Shown: in pieces, positions 1 to 9,028 of the stretch
How positions within the stretch are numbered: position 1 is the stretch's first letter
Layout: each line of letters opens with the position of its first letter
Source: an uncultured Candidatus Saccharibacteria bacterium
Lineage (GTDB): Bacteria; Patescibacteriota; Minisyncoccia; Phycocordibacterales; DATDWN01
DNA length: 64,000 nucleotides
Assembly: GCA_964586695.1 (NCBI GenBank)
Contig: CAZPGQ010000003.1
Coordinates: 888 to 64,887, forward strand
Reading direction: 5' to 3'
The notes under the pieces: model-generated
What the model was told of the DNA's origin: nothing
The model's database searches: none
What the model saw: only the letters and a program-made list of their open reading frames with translations
Position numbers and translations under genes: made by a program

Positions 1-488
1 TGCATATTGTATGGCAAAAGTGAAAAAAGTATCTTTGAACCGTCCAGAGGAGGTATTGGCACAAGGTTAAATGTAGCCAAAACAAGATTGACTAGCACTA
101 TCATAGACGACATATATAGAAAGGCGTGCCCGAACTGGCTGGCAATACCAAAACGGATAAGTAGACCGAAAAATACGGCTATACATATATTAGATAGAGG
201 TCCAGCAACCGCCACTATGGCTTCCCCCCATTTCTGGTTACGTAGGTTATATGGGTTAAAAGGTACTGGTTTTGCCCAACCGATAATAAAACCTCCTGTT
301 AGATATGAGACTGTCGGCAATATAATAGAGCCAAAAAGCTCAAGGTGTTTTATGGGGTTAAGGGTCAGTCTTCCTTGATATTTGGCTGTATTATCCCCCA
401 AAAGATAGGCAGAATAGCCGTGGGACACTTCGTGGACCACAACAGAGAAAATGAGCACTAATATAGAGAAGATAAAATCTATTTGCAT
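1..488 (-). CDS. Site-2 protease (peptidase M50), truncated by the window edge
   Basis: Manual translation from ATG at 488: MQIDFIFSILVLIFSVVVHEVSHG (HExxH), GRLTLNP, GWAKPVP, AGPLSN. Not in the ORF track because it runs off the window. Confidence 0.9.
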   Translation of the reverse strand, partial: MQIDFIFSILVLIFSVVVHEVSHGYSAYLLGDNTAKYQGRLTLNPIKHLELFGSIILPTVSYLTGGFIIGWAKPVPFNPYNLRNQKWGEAIVAVAGPLSNICIAVFFGLLIRFGIASQFGHAFLYMSSMIVLVNLVLATFNLVPIPPLDGSKILFSLLPYNM

Positions 489-529
489 ATTTAGAATATT
501 ATGTTAGCATATCCAAACAAATAAAACAT

Positions 530-772
530 ATGGCAAAAGTCTGCGCAATCACAAATAAATCATCACAGATGGGAGGAGGATACTCTAACAGAACTCGTGC
601 TACACAGTTCAACCCTACTGGAATGAAGAGACGATATGCAAACCTTCAGAAAAAGAAGATCTATATTCCTGAACTTAAAAAGTCAGTAACTCTTACACTA
701 TCTACAAGAGGAATCAAAACTATTCAGAAAAACGGAGCATATGCTACACTACACAAAGCAGGAGTAATATAA
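530..772 (+). CDS. rpmB: 50S ribosomal protein L28
   Basis: MAKVCAITNK...RRYANLQKKKIYIPE...LSTRGIKTI is typical of L28. Confidence 0.9.
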   Translation: MAKVCAITNKSSQMGGGYSNRTRATQFNPTGMKRRYANLQKKKIYIPELKKSVTLTLSTRGIKTIQKNGAYATLHKAGVI

Positions 773-776
773 AACT

Positions 777-800
777 AAAAACCGCAATCCAGCGGTTTTT
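777..800. terminator. Bidirectional intrinsic terminator
   Basis: AAAAACCGC-aatcca-GCGGTTTTT between convergent genes. Confidence 0.7.
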
Positions 801-1710
801 AGTTTGTCCGACACCCGACTATCGCCCCCCTCGCATTCTTATTTTTCAAAACAAACTTTTCTCCATCAGATTCAAAAACTAACCTTCCATTGTTACAGGT
901 GTCATACGTTGGGATTTTTAATTTCTGCATAGTCTCCAAAGTTTCCTTGTGTGGGTGACCGTAGTCATTGTTTACTCCAGAAGATATAACTGTCATTTCT
1001 GGTTTTACAAAAGAAACATATTCTTCGGAACTACTCGTCTTACTACCATGATGCCCTGCTTTGAGAATTGTGCTTTTTAAATTATTCTTATCTAGCCCGA
1101 CTAAATAGTGTTCTATATTTGAAGTTGAATCCCCTTGCAACATAACTGACGTTTCTCCATACACCAGTTTCATCACAAGCGATCCATCGTTCGAAGAAAG
1201 TCCTGATATGTCTCTGTCTGGGAAAAGGATTTGCAGATACGCTCCCCCACCAAGATCAACCACCTGTCCACGACGTGCTAAAACTTTTGGAATTTTCTTG
1301 TCACTTATTTCTTTTTCCAAAAGCGCATAGGTTTCTGTTTTGGAAACTGTCCCCGGTTCCAGAACCACATCAACTGAGTATTTTTTCAAGAGAGATATAA
1401 AACCCTCATAGTGGTCTTTGTCTGGGTTGGTCACAACAAGCATGTCTATGTGTCTGTCATACCAAGGTATTACTTTTGGAATTTCTTTCAAGAGTACGTT
1501 GTTCGGTCCACCATCCACTAGCACCTGAATACCTGTCGGTGACTCTATCCAAAGCGCGTCCCCCTGACCAACATCTAACACTTGAAATTTTAATATCCCC
1601 CTTCTATCTTCATGCAAAATGGCCAGAAAAATAGTTAGACTAAGCAATACTAAAACAAGCAAAACGTACCATCGTAGATATTGTTTAACATGAGAGAAAA
1701 CAGTCTTCAT
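799..1710 (-). CDS. Stand-alone ComEC/Rec2-type metallo-beta-lactamase-fold protein with N-terminal TM helix
   Basis: DVGQGDA, VLVDGGP, TNPDKDHYEG, KAGHHGSKTSS, YGHPH motifs. Start placed at MKTVF (1710), just after TATAAT. Confidence 0.88.
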   Translation of the reverse strand: MKTVFSHVKQYLRWYVLLVLVLLSLTIFLAILHEDRRGILKFQVLDVGQGDALWIESPTGIQVLVDGGPNNVLLKEIPKVIPWYDRHIDMLVVTNPDKDHYEGFISLLKKYSVDVVLEPGTVSKTETYALLEKEISDKKIPKVLARRGQVVDLGGGAYLQILFPDRDISGLSSNDGSLVMKLVYGETSVMLQGDSTSNIEHYLVGLDKNNLKSTILKAGHHGSKTSSSEEYVSFVKPEMTVISSGVNNDYGHPHKETLETMQKLKIPTYDTCNNGRLVFESDGEKFVLKNKNARGAIVGCRTN

Positions 1711-1752
1711 GTGATATATTATACACACAATTATTAGGCTAATATTTATCAA

Positions 1753-2349
1753 ATGGCACAATTCGAAGAAAAGAAATTTAACATTGGTGAGCTAAAAGGT
1801 ATAAGCGCAAAGACAATCGAAGAACACTTGAAGCTTTATTCTGGTTATGTAAAGAACGCAAATGTAGTGGGACAAAAACTCTATGAAATGTTTCAAGAAG
1901 ATGCAGAGAAAAATTCATATGCCATAGCAGAAACCAATCGCCGATTTGGTTTTGAATACAATGGTATTAGAAATCATGAGGTATATTTCGATTCACTTTC
2001 TGATGGACCAGTAACTCTTAGCGACAACAGCGAACTCAAAAAAGAACTTGAATCTTCATGGGGAAATTTTGATACATTTATGCAATTTTTCAAAATGATG
2101 GCGATGACTCGCGGTGTTGGATGGGCAATGCTTTATTGGGACAGAAAAGACAAAAGACTCCTAACTGCTTGGGTGGATGAACAACATTTAGGACAGCTCC
2201 AGGACTGTGCTCTTATACTCGCTCTCGACATGTGGGAACACTCTTTTGTTGCTGATTATCAACCAAGTGGAAAGAAACAATACGTTGAAGACTTTTTCGC
2301 AAACCTAAACTGGGAGAAGATTGAGCAGAATTTTGTAAACGCTAAATAA
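1753..2349 (+). CDS. sod: Fe/Mn superoxide dismutase
   Basis: EEHLKLY, NHEVYF, GVGWA and DMWEHSF metal-ligand motifs. Confidence 0.9.
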   Translation: MAQFEEKKFNIGELKGISAKTIEEHLKLYSGYVKNANVVGQKLYEMFQEDAEKNSYAIAETNRRFGFEYNGIRNHEVYFDSLSDGPVTLSDNSELKKELESSWGNFDTFMQFFKMMAMTRGVGWAMLYWDRKDKRLLTAWVDEQHLGQLQDCALILALDMWEHSFVADYQPSGKKQYVEDFFANLNWEKIEQNFVNAK

Positions 2350-2368
2350 TTAAAGTTTAAAATAGTAT

Positions 2369-2397
2369 TTGACAAAATACATTATATAGTATATAAT
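2369..2397 (+). promoter_or_regulatory. Consensus sigma70 promoter
   Basis: TTGACA-17 nt-TATAAT. Confidence 0.75.
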
Positions 2398-2431
2398 GTA
2401 TTTTGTATTTAGGTGGGATTCCCCACTCAAA

Positions 2432-2686
2432 ATGGAGACAAAGTTGGACATTCAGACGATGAGAAAATACGCACTCAAGGGAGTGGAGCTGGAAATCGCA
2501 GAGTTGGAAGTGAGGCTCGAACTTCTGCGAAAGCACAAGGTCGAGCTGACTGGTGAGAAGAAGCAGGTCAAACAGCCGGCCCCCAAGAAAATCGTCCGTT
2601 CGCCGGCCTACCGCAAGGCGCACAGCGAGCGGATGAAGAACTACTGGGCGAAGAGGAAGGCCTCAGCCAAGAAGGCGACCAAGTAA
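2432..2686 (+). CDS. Small basic hypothetical protein (coiled coil plus Lys/Arg-rich tail)
   Basis: GC-richer ORF between a consensus promoter and a strong terminator; tail RKAHSERMKNYWAKRK. Confidence 0.7.
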   Translation: METKLDIQTMRKYALKGVELEIAELEVRLELLRKHKVELTGEKKQVKQPAPKKIVRSPAYRKAHSERMKNYWAKRKASAKKATK

Positions 2687-2708
2687 CAGAAGGTCGCCGA
2701 AGAGACTA

Positions 2709-2742
2709 GCCCGACGTTGGGAAACCAACGTCGGGCCTTTTT
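2709..2742 (+). terminator. Intrinsic terminator
   Basis: GCCCGACGTTGG-GAAA-CCAACGTCGGGC followed by a T-run. Confidence 0.85.
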
Positions 2743-4204
2743 ATTTATTAAACTTTTTACTAAAAAATAGTGTAGAGAAAATTACCAAATAAATAGCAAT
2801 CAACACTATCGGCGAAAATGCAGAAAGATTTATATAACCATAAGGTACACTTGCTCCGATATGTACGACAGTTAACTGGTACCACAAAAGACAATATGCA
2901 AAGACTCCTGGAACAAAAGAAAGATAAAGTGAAACAAGTCCGAACATTCCAGTCAAAAAACCGAGAAGCATTGTAAGCGGTATTGTACTCAGTATCAAAA
3001 CATTTACCGGAAGCGAAACAATAGAGACTATTCCTGTTGAATAAATCAGATAGGGCAAAACTGTTATTTGTGTAGAAATAGTTGCAGATATGATTTCACG
3101 CAGACCAAACTTTTCTGGAACTCTTTTTAAATTTGGTTCGATAAATGGTGAAACAAATACAAGGCCGATAGTTGCCAAAATTGAAAGTTGAAACGATGGA
3201 TCAAAAACCAAAAGTGCTGGGTTGAGTGCAAGCATAAGTACAACAGCAAAACCAAGAGCCCGAGAAACTTTGTAGTCGCGGTTTGTTTTCTTTGCAAACA
3301 GTGCAACCAAAACCATTATTGCTGCACGCCATGCAGACGCTCCCCCACCAGAAAGAATAGTAAACAAAATAATTCCAAACATACCACCAGCAAAAGAAAT
3401 ATTTTTTGGTAAAAATTTTAAAGCATCCATTATGCTTTCTGCAACGATAGCAATGTTGTAGCCAGACAGTACAACAATGTGTGATGTGCCAGTTTTCTGA
3501 AATTCAGAAAGTAAATCTTTGCCGAGACTTTGTTTCCCACCAAGCAAAAGTCCGGAAAGTAAACTAGATTCTGGTTCTGGCAGTGCGTTGTTGATCGAAT
3601 CAGTAAAAGCATGTTTGACTTTGAATAACGTTGTTTTTACTATGCTACCGTGATTCGAGGAGATAAGTCTTATCGTCGTGAACTGACTTGTGTACCAGAT
3701 ACCACGAACACGGAGATAACCTTTGTAGTCAAAAACTCTGCCATCCTCACCCTCAATAAGTTGTGGCTCTCTCAAAACCAAACTAAGTGAAACTTTGTCA
3801 CCATATTTATATTCTGGATGGATGGGCACAGTAACAAGCACTCTCTCACTAACACTTTCACCCTCTACATTTGTCAGTTTCACAGTGAGTTTTGTATTCT
3901 TCTCCCTAACGTCTGGCTCTTCTACCACAATACCACCTGCTTTTATTTGTTTGTTTATATACCTATCTAAATGAGAATCGGCATATAAATCAGAAATGAT
4001 CATTCGACCCATTCCAAGTGTTACACCGATCAAAACAATAGTAGAGATCACTATTATTTCTCGACTATTTTCATCGACAAAATATTTATAAAAATAAATA
4101 TGTATTGTCAGAAAAATGCAGGCAATAAAAAATCCGAAACTAATCGGAATAAAAGATGCTATTGCTATGCCTGCTATGAAACCAATTGAGAGTTGAAGTA
4201 GCAT
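2741..4204 (-). CDS. comEC: ComEC/Rec2 competence channel (DUF4131/OB plus Competence domain), lacking the MBL domain
   Basis: FDYKGYL, GTSHIVVLSGYNI, RAAIM, DPSFQLS, SLPVNVL; many TM helices. Confidence 0.9.
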   Translation of the reverse strand: MLLQLSIGFIAGIAIASFIPISFGFFIACIFLTIHIYFYKYFVDENSREIIVISTIVLIGVTLGMGRMIISDLYADSHLDRYINKQIKAGGIVVEEPDVREKNTKLTVKLTNVEGESVSERVLVTVPIHPEYKYGDKVSLSLVLREPQLIEGEDGRVFDYKGYLRVRGIWYTSQFTTIRLISSNHGSIVKTTLFKVKHAFTDSINNALPEPESSLLSGLLLGGKQSLGKDLLSEFQKTGTSHIVVLSGYNIAIVAESIMDALKFLPKNISFAGGMFGIILFTILSGGGASAWRAAIMVLVALFAKKTNRDYKVSRALGFAVVLMLALNPALLVFDPSFQLSILATIGLVFVSPFIEPNLKRVPEKFGLREIISATISTQITVLPYLIYSTGIVSIVSLPVNVLILSTIPLTMLLGFLTGMFGLVSLYLSFVPGVFAYCLLWYQLTVVHIGASVPYGYINLSAFSPIVLIAIYLVIFSTLFFSKKFNK

Positions 4205-4205
4205 G

Positions 4206-4667
4206 TTAGTATCCAGATGGTGGAATTACTTTTTCACCCAGCATTCCGAGTTTTAAATTTTTTATTTCTTTATCAGCTTCACTCACAAATTCTGCCAACT
4301 TTTTCCTTTCACCATCTGTCTTTGAAGACAAAACAAAATCCAAAGCTTTTTCAAAATTATTTTTAAATTTCTGATTTATATCTTTCCAAAGTACCCCCTT
4401 TAAAATGCCTCCTATTTCTTCAGAATAACTCAAAACCTTAATCTTCATTAAAAAAGCTATTGCCGGATATCCTAAAGTATCTGTCCAATAAGAACTGTTA
4501 TCGTTGGACATTATTTCATTACTTTCTGGTGCATAATTTATTTCATAGAACTTATTTCGAGAAGATGAAAAAACTTTTCCAGTATTCCCAGAAATCTCAA
4601 CTCTTTTATCCGCAACCGCACCAAGCGCTTCATATATCTTTACGGGTTTTGGATTTTTCCATTTCAT
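4206..4667 (-). CDS. Hypothetical protein
   Basis: 153-aa ORF tightly packed between rnhA and comEC; no recognised motif. Confidence 0.75.
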   Translation of the reverse strand: MKWKNPKPVKIYEALGAVADKRVEISGNTGKVFSSSRNKFYEINYAPESNEIMSNDNSSYWTDTLGYPAIAFLMKIKVLSYSEEIGGILKGVLWKDINQKFKNNFEKALDFVLSSKTDGERKKLAEFVSEADKEIKNLKLGMLGEKVIPPSGY

Positions 4668-4669
4668 AG

Positions 4670-5344
4670 CTATTCAACAAATTCTTTTATAATTTCTTCT
4701 TCGTCAGATGGAGATACAGATTTTTTAAAACGTGCACCAGAAACCCCATTCACCCGAGCTTTGCATTCATCCCAAGTTTTGTGAGTTTGAACAACCCCAT
4801 CCACCATACTCACATACGAATACGCCTTACTTTTTGATTTAGATTTTTTATCTGAAACAGTTTCACTAATTTTTATATCAACACCATATCTTTCTCGTGA
4901 TCCGTTATATAAAATAACCGGATCATTATCCGCAAAAGATGTAGCAATAACATCACATCTTTCGTTCCCTGCTGTACCACTGTGACCTTTTATTAACTGC
5001 CAGTTTATATTTTTGTGAACAGTAGCCTCTACCATTTCTTGCCACAAGTCTTTGTTCAAAACATCATCCTTTGTGGATGTCTTCCAATTATTTTTCTCCC
5101 AACCTTTCACCCATCGAGTGGCGCCATTTAGTACGTACGCAGAGTCAGTATACAAAGTTATTTCTTCATCCTTTCCAACAGCATTGAGTGCAGAAATAAC
5201 AGCAGTCATTTCCATTCTGTTGTTTGTGGTTTCATCTTCTCTACCTCCGATTTCAAAAGCTTTTTCATCGGATAAAATTATTGCACCCCACCCACCTGGT
5301 CCCGGGTTACCCCGAGAAGATCCGTCAGTAAAAATAGTTATCAT
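4670..5344 (-). CDS. rnhA: Ribonuclease HI with C-terminal viroplasmin/hybrid-binding-like domain
   Basis: FTDGSSRGNPGPGGWG, TTNNRME, TDSAY, KGHSG, NERCD; C-terminal TWDECKARVNGVSGARFKK. Confidence 0.92.
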   Translation of the reverse strand: MITIFTDGSSRGNPGPGGWGAIILSDEKAFEIGGREDETTNNRMEMTAVISALNAVGKDEEITLYTDSAYVLNGATRWVKGWEKNNWKTSTKDDVLNKDLWQEMVEATVHKNINWQLIKGHSGTAGNERCDVIATSFADNDPVILYNGSRERYGVDIKISETVSDKKSKSKSKAYSYVSMVDGVVQTHKTWDECKARVNGVSGARFKKSVSPSDEEEIIKEFVE

Positions 5345-5359
5345 AATATTTATTATAGC

Positions 5360-5495
5360 AAAAGGGCGCCTCAATTTCAGGCGCCCGTTATCATGCGTAC
5401 CTTTCTACTCCCTGTGACGGGAATGGATACAATACCAACCGAAAGGGTTCAGAAGCCCGTAGCTTTCTCGATAGATTTCCTTTCTGTTAAGAACT
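5360..5495 (-). ncRNA. Candidate small RNA (promoter-to-terminator unit with no real ORF)
   Basis: TTGACA (5529-5524)-16-TATAAT (5507-5502) with extended TG; ends in GGGCGCCT...AGGCGCCC-TTTT. Confidence 0.45.
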
Positions 5496-5542
5496 ACTTA
5501 TATTATATCACCTCCTATTTTTTTGTCAAGTAGTTTTTAGGA

Positions 5543-7273
5543 TTAAAAAATATCCACTATTCTTAGTCGTAATTCTGGGAAATTGCGAAAAACAGACTTT
5601 TCGAGAGTTGCGACAAGGTTTATAGAACTCCCCTCTTTTATTGAAACAGGAAACTTATCACCAGTCTGAAAAAAAGCTATTGCTGTTACATCCTTGCCGT
5701 TTGAATTTTTAAATTTAATCTCTAAATGATTTCTCTCTTTACCAAAAAGTTTCATTGCAGATACTGTTATATTTTCAAAAAGGAAAAGCGGCTTTGGGTT
5801 ATCCAAACCAAAAGGAGCAAACTTTTCTACCGAACTGTATGTGTTCCAATTCACATCATCAAGGGAAAGTTTTTTATCTAGTAGTGTATCTTCTATTATT
5901 CTGTTTTCATTCAAAAGCTCAACGAAAGCCTCATTCAACCTTTCCTCTAGTGTATGAACATTTTCTTGGAGTATTGAAAAACCACCGGCGCCTTTATGTC
6001 CGCCATAGTCAACAAAAACATCTTTGACTTTTTCCATTAGCTTTACAATATCAGTATCACCTCCCGCCCTGCACGAACCTTTTATCAACCCATCGCCTTC
6101 TGTCTCACCATTTCTTCCCCAAAAGAAAACTGGTCTGTTATGTTCGTCACCAAAACTATTTGCAACAAGACCGAGTAGCGATGGCTTCCATTCTGGATTT
6201 CCAAAAACCAAAACGTGTTTCATTTCTGTATCACTTCCTTCTATCCTTTTCTTTACTTCCTTTATCATGCTTCCCACAACACCCTTTCTTTCATCATTTT
6301 TATTATTCAAATGTTCTGCAAGCATACCTGCTTCAACTTCGTCTGTAGTAGATAGTAATTTAAATGCATCAAGTGGAATTCCCATACGGCTTGCTGCATT
6401 TATACGAGGAGTAACCATAAAACCAATGTCATCCTCTGTCAGAGTACTTTGGTTGATTTTAAGTAGCGAAAGAAGTTTCAAAAGTCCAACACGAGGACTC
6501 CTCTGCAAAACTTTCATTCCAAAATAGGAAATAATTCTATTCTCACCCAAGAGCGGCACCATGTCAGAAAGCGTAGCCAGTCCCACCATATCGAGAAACC
6601 ATTTTTCGTGACCGTCTTTTATATCTATTTGCCCTGTTTCTTTTCCTCTTATTACGAGAGCCTGAATAACTTTGAAAATAACCCCGGACCCACACAGCAT
6701 TTTCTCTGGGTACTCACAGCCTTTTTGCTTTGGATTAATTATGGCAAAAGCTTTTGGGAGTTTCTTTCCTGGGATATGGTGGTCAGTGATAATCACATCC
6801 ATGTCATGCTTGTTGGCAGTCTCAACCTGCTCAACATCTGTGATACCACAGTCTATTGTAATAACTAGTTTTACATCTTGAGATGCAATGTTATCTATAG
6901 CTGTGTGGTTTAGTCCAAAACCCTCTTCATTACGAAGTGGTATGTAGTTTATGAAATTGTTGTAACCAATCTTTTTGAAAAAGTCGTGGAGTGTCACTCC
7001 CCCAGGAATACCATCTGCATCATAGTCACTAAAGATAGCTATTTTCTCGTTTTCCTTTATTGCTTTTAAAATCCTCTTTGTTGCCTTGTCCATATCCTTT
7101 AGTAGAAATGGATCATGAAGACTCTCATACTTTGGATTGAGAAAACTCTCTGCATTTACCAAATCCTCTATCCCCCTAGAATATAAAAGTGAACGAACAA
7201 GTGGAGAGTATACCTCAAACAATTTATCTATACTTTCTGGAATCGGCTCACGTAAGGCATACTTTTTGGACAT
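5543..7273 (-). CDS. recJ: ssDNA-specific exonuclease RecJ
   Basis: DYDADG, TIDCG, TDHH, PRINAASR, GGHKGAGG, PFGLDNPKP. Confidence 0.95.
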   Translation of the reverse strand: MSKKYALREPIPESIDKLFEVYSPLVRSLLYSRGIEDLVNAESFLNPKYESLHDPFLLKDMDKATKRILKAIKENEKIAIFSDYDADGIPGGVTLHDFFKKIGYNNFINYIPLRNEEGFGLNHTAIDNIASQDVKLVITIDCGITDVEQVETANKHDMDVIITDHHIPGKKLPKAFAIINPKQKGCEYPEKMLCGSGVIFKVIQALVIRGKETGQIDIKDGHEKWFLDMVGLATLSDMVPLLGENRIISYFGMKVLQRSPRVGLLKLLSLLKINQSTLTEDDIGFMVTPRINAASRMGIPLDAFKLLSTTDEVEAGMLAEHLNNKNDERKGVVGSMIKEVKKRIEGSDTEMKHVLVFGNPEWKPSLLGLVANSFGDEHNRPVFFWGRNGETEGDGLIKGSCRAGGDTDIVKLMEKVKDVFVDYGGHKGAGGFSILQENVHTLEERLNEAFVELLNENRIIEDTLLDKKLSLDDVNWNTYSSVEKFAPFGLDNPKPLFLFENITVSAMKLFGKERNHLEIKFKNSNGKDVTAIAFFQTGDKFPVSIKEGSSINLVATLEKSVFRNFPELRLRIVDIF

Positions 7274-7310
7274 AAAGACATTTTAGCACACAGACAGAAT
7301 TAGCGTTGAG

Positions 7311-7451
7311 CCAACACCTTTTCAGAGCATCCGCAGGCTAGAAGCATGGTCTTGTCAAAGTCCGAGTGGAGCGAGGTTCATTGACAAGTTCTAGCTGAGG
7401 ACTAGAACGAACTTTTCGCCGGAAAAGTGAGTGTATCTGAAAAGGTTTTGG
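7311..7451. repeat. Multi-hairpin element bounded by inverted repeats (MITE-like or structured RNA)
   Basis: CCAAcACCTTTTCAGA...TCTGAAAAGGTtTTGG enclosing TTGTCAA/TTGACAA, GTTCTAG/CTAGAAC and ACTTTTC/GAAAAGT stems. Confidence 0.55.
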
Positions 7452-7481
7452 TGAGAAAGATTATTCTGTTATAATTCCAAA

Positions 7482-7841
7482 ATGAACGATTGTATATTTT
7501 GCAAAATAGTTAGAGGAGAAATACCTAGTTACAAAGTCTATGAGGACAATAAATTCCTGGCCTTTTTAGACATTAACCCTCAATCCCCTGGTCATGTGCA
7601 GGTAATACCGAAAGACCATCATAGATGGGTATGGGATGTGCCAAATGCAGGTGAATATTTTGAAGTAGCAAAAAAAGTGGCCTTAGCGCAAAGAAAAGCT
7701 TTTGATACAGAATGGATTTTGGAAAAAATAGTCGGCGAAGATGTAGAGCATGCTCACATCTGGGTTTTTCCAAACAAAGAAGTAAAAGGTGAACTAAAAG
7801 ATTTTGAAGGAAACCTAAAGGTAATAAAAGAAAATATGTAA
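7482..7841 (+). CDS. HIT family hydrolase
   Basis: [21 protein letters not shown]; the triad is degenerate (HAHIW). Confidence 0.9.
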   Translation: MNDCIFCKIVRGEIPSYKVYEDNKFLAFLDINPQSPGHVQVIPKDHHRWVWDVPNAGEYFEVAKKVALAQRKAFDTEWILEKIVGEDVEHAHIWVFPNKEVKGELKDFEGNLKVIKENM

Positions 7842-7873
7842 ACAAAAAACCACCATATGGTGGTTTTTTGTTT
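7840..7873. terminator. Bidirectional terminator
   Basis: AAACAAAAAACCACC-atat-GGTGGTTTTTTGTTT. Confidence 0.75.
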
Positions 7874-7878
7874 ATTCT

Positions 7879-9018
7879 TTATTTATTCAGAGCCTCAATT
7901 CCAGGCAAAGTTTCGTTGACTAAATAGTCGAGCATTGCCCCTCCACCAGTCGAAACAAAACTGAAACCATGTTCGAACTCAGCAACATCTATCGAAGCCA
8001 GCGTATCTCCCCCGCCAACTATACTTTCTGCTCCATTTTCACTAGTTGCGCCAGCAATTATTCTAGCTAGCTCTTCTGTTTTATCTTTAAAACCTTTTTT
8101 ATATTTGCCCAACGGTCCATTCCACACAATAGTTTTTGACCCCCCCACTAACTCCTTTAGTTTTTCTATTGTCTTTGGACCAACATCAGAAATATATTCG
8201 TCAACAGAAACACTATCAGGTGATTTGAATTCTGTTGTACCGTCTGGTTTTAAAACCATAACATCAATAGGTGTAACAAGTTTTGGATTGTTTATAATAT
8301 TCTCCAAATCAAAATCTCCTTCTGTTAGAAGTGAAGTTCCGACTTCATAACCTTTTTGTTTAAAAAGATCATTAGCCAAAGCACCTGCAACAAAAACGGT
8401 ATCTGCCTTTTCTAGATATTTATGTATTAAAGGTAGTTTTGTATCAAACTTTGCTCCACCAAGGATAAAAAGAAATGGTTTGTTGGGATTAAAAGCTTTT
8501 GAAATATTTTTGATTTCCTCTTTGACAAGAAGCCCTGCATAGTGAGGAAGAAACTCTGGCACACCAACAATGGAAGCATGTTTTCTATGCATAGCACCAA
8601 ATGCATCATCTACATATATTTCTGCCATCTGTGAAAGCTTTTTTGCAAAGTCTTTATCATTTCCTTTTTCCTCAGGGTTCATTCTCAGGTTTTCAAAAAG
8701 AAGAACTCCTTTGTCTTCCAGTTTAGCTATCATATCTATAGCAATGGCATTGAAATATGTCTGGCAAAAATCTACCTTGTAAAAACCATTCAAATATTGA
8801 GCGACCGGAAGAAGCGACATATTACCTTCACTTTCTGTATGAGCAATAATAATGACTTTAGCTTCGTGCTCTCGCAAATAGTCTATTGTAGGTATAGCCC
8901 TCTCTATTCTATATGCATTCCCCACCTGACCATCAACTATTGGAACATTTAGGTCCAACCGCAGTAACACGTATTTTCCTTTCAAATCGTCTCCCTTTAG
9001 TTCATCTATATATTTCAT
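7879..9018 (-). CDS. pgk: Phosphoglycerate kinase
   Basis: RLDLNVP, ENLR, DAFGAMHRKHAS, GGAK, WNGPLG, GGGDT, STGGGA. Confidence 0.96.
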   Translation of the reverse strand: MKYIDELKGDDLKGKYVLLRLDLNVPIVDGQVGNAYRIERAIPTIDYLREHEAKVIIIAHTESEGNMSLLPVAQYLNGFYKVDFCQTYFNAIAIDMIAKLEDKGVLLFENLRMNPEEKGNDKDFAKKLSQMAEIYVDDAFGAMHRKHASIVGVPEFLPHYAGLLVKEEIKNISKAFNPNKPFLFILGGAKFDTKLPLIHKYLEKADTVFVAGALANDLFKQKGYEVGTSLLTEGDFDLENIINNPKLVTPIDVMVLKPDGTTEFKSPDSVSVDEYISDVGPKTIEKLKELVGGSKTIVWNGPLGKYKKGFKDKTEELARIIAGATSENGAESIVGGGDTLASIDVAEFEHGFSFVSTGGGAMLDYLVNETLPGIEALNK

Positions 9019-9028
9019 ATCTACAAAA

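Noticed and set aside
7-378. 123-aa plus-strand ORF, and the many other short antisense ORFs in the track
   Set aside because: These are shadows of well-supported genes on the opposite strand (here the M50 protease).
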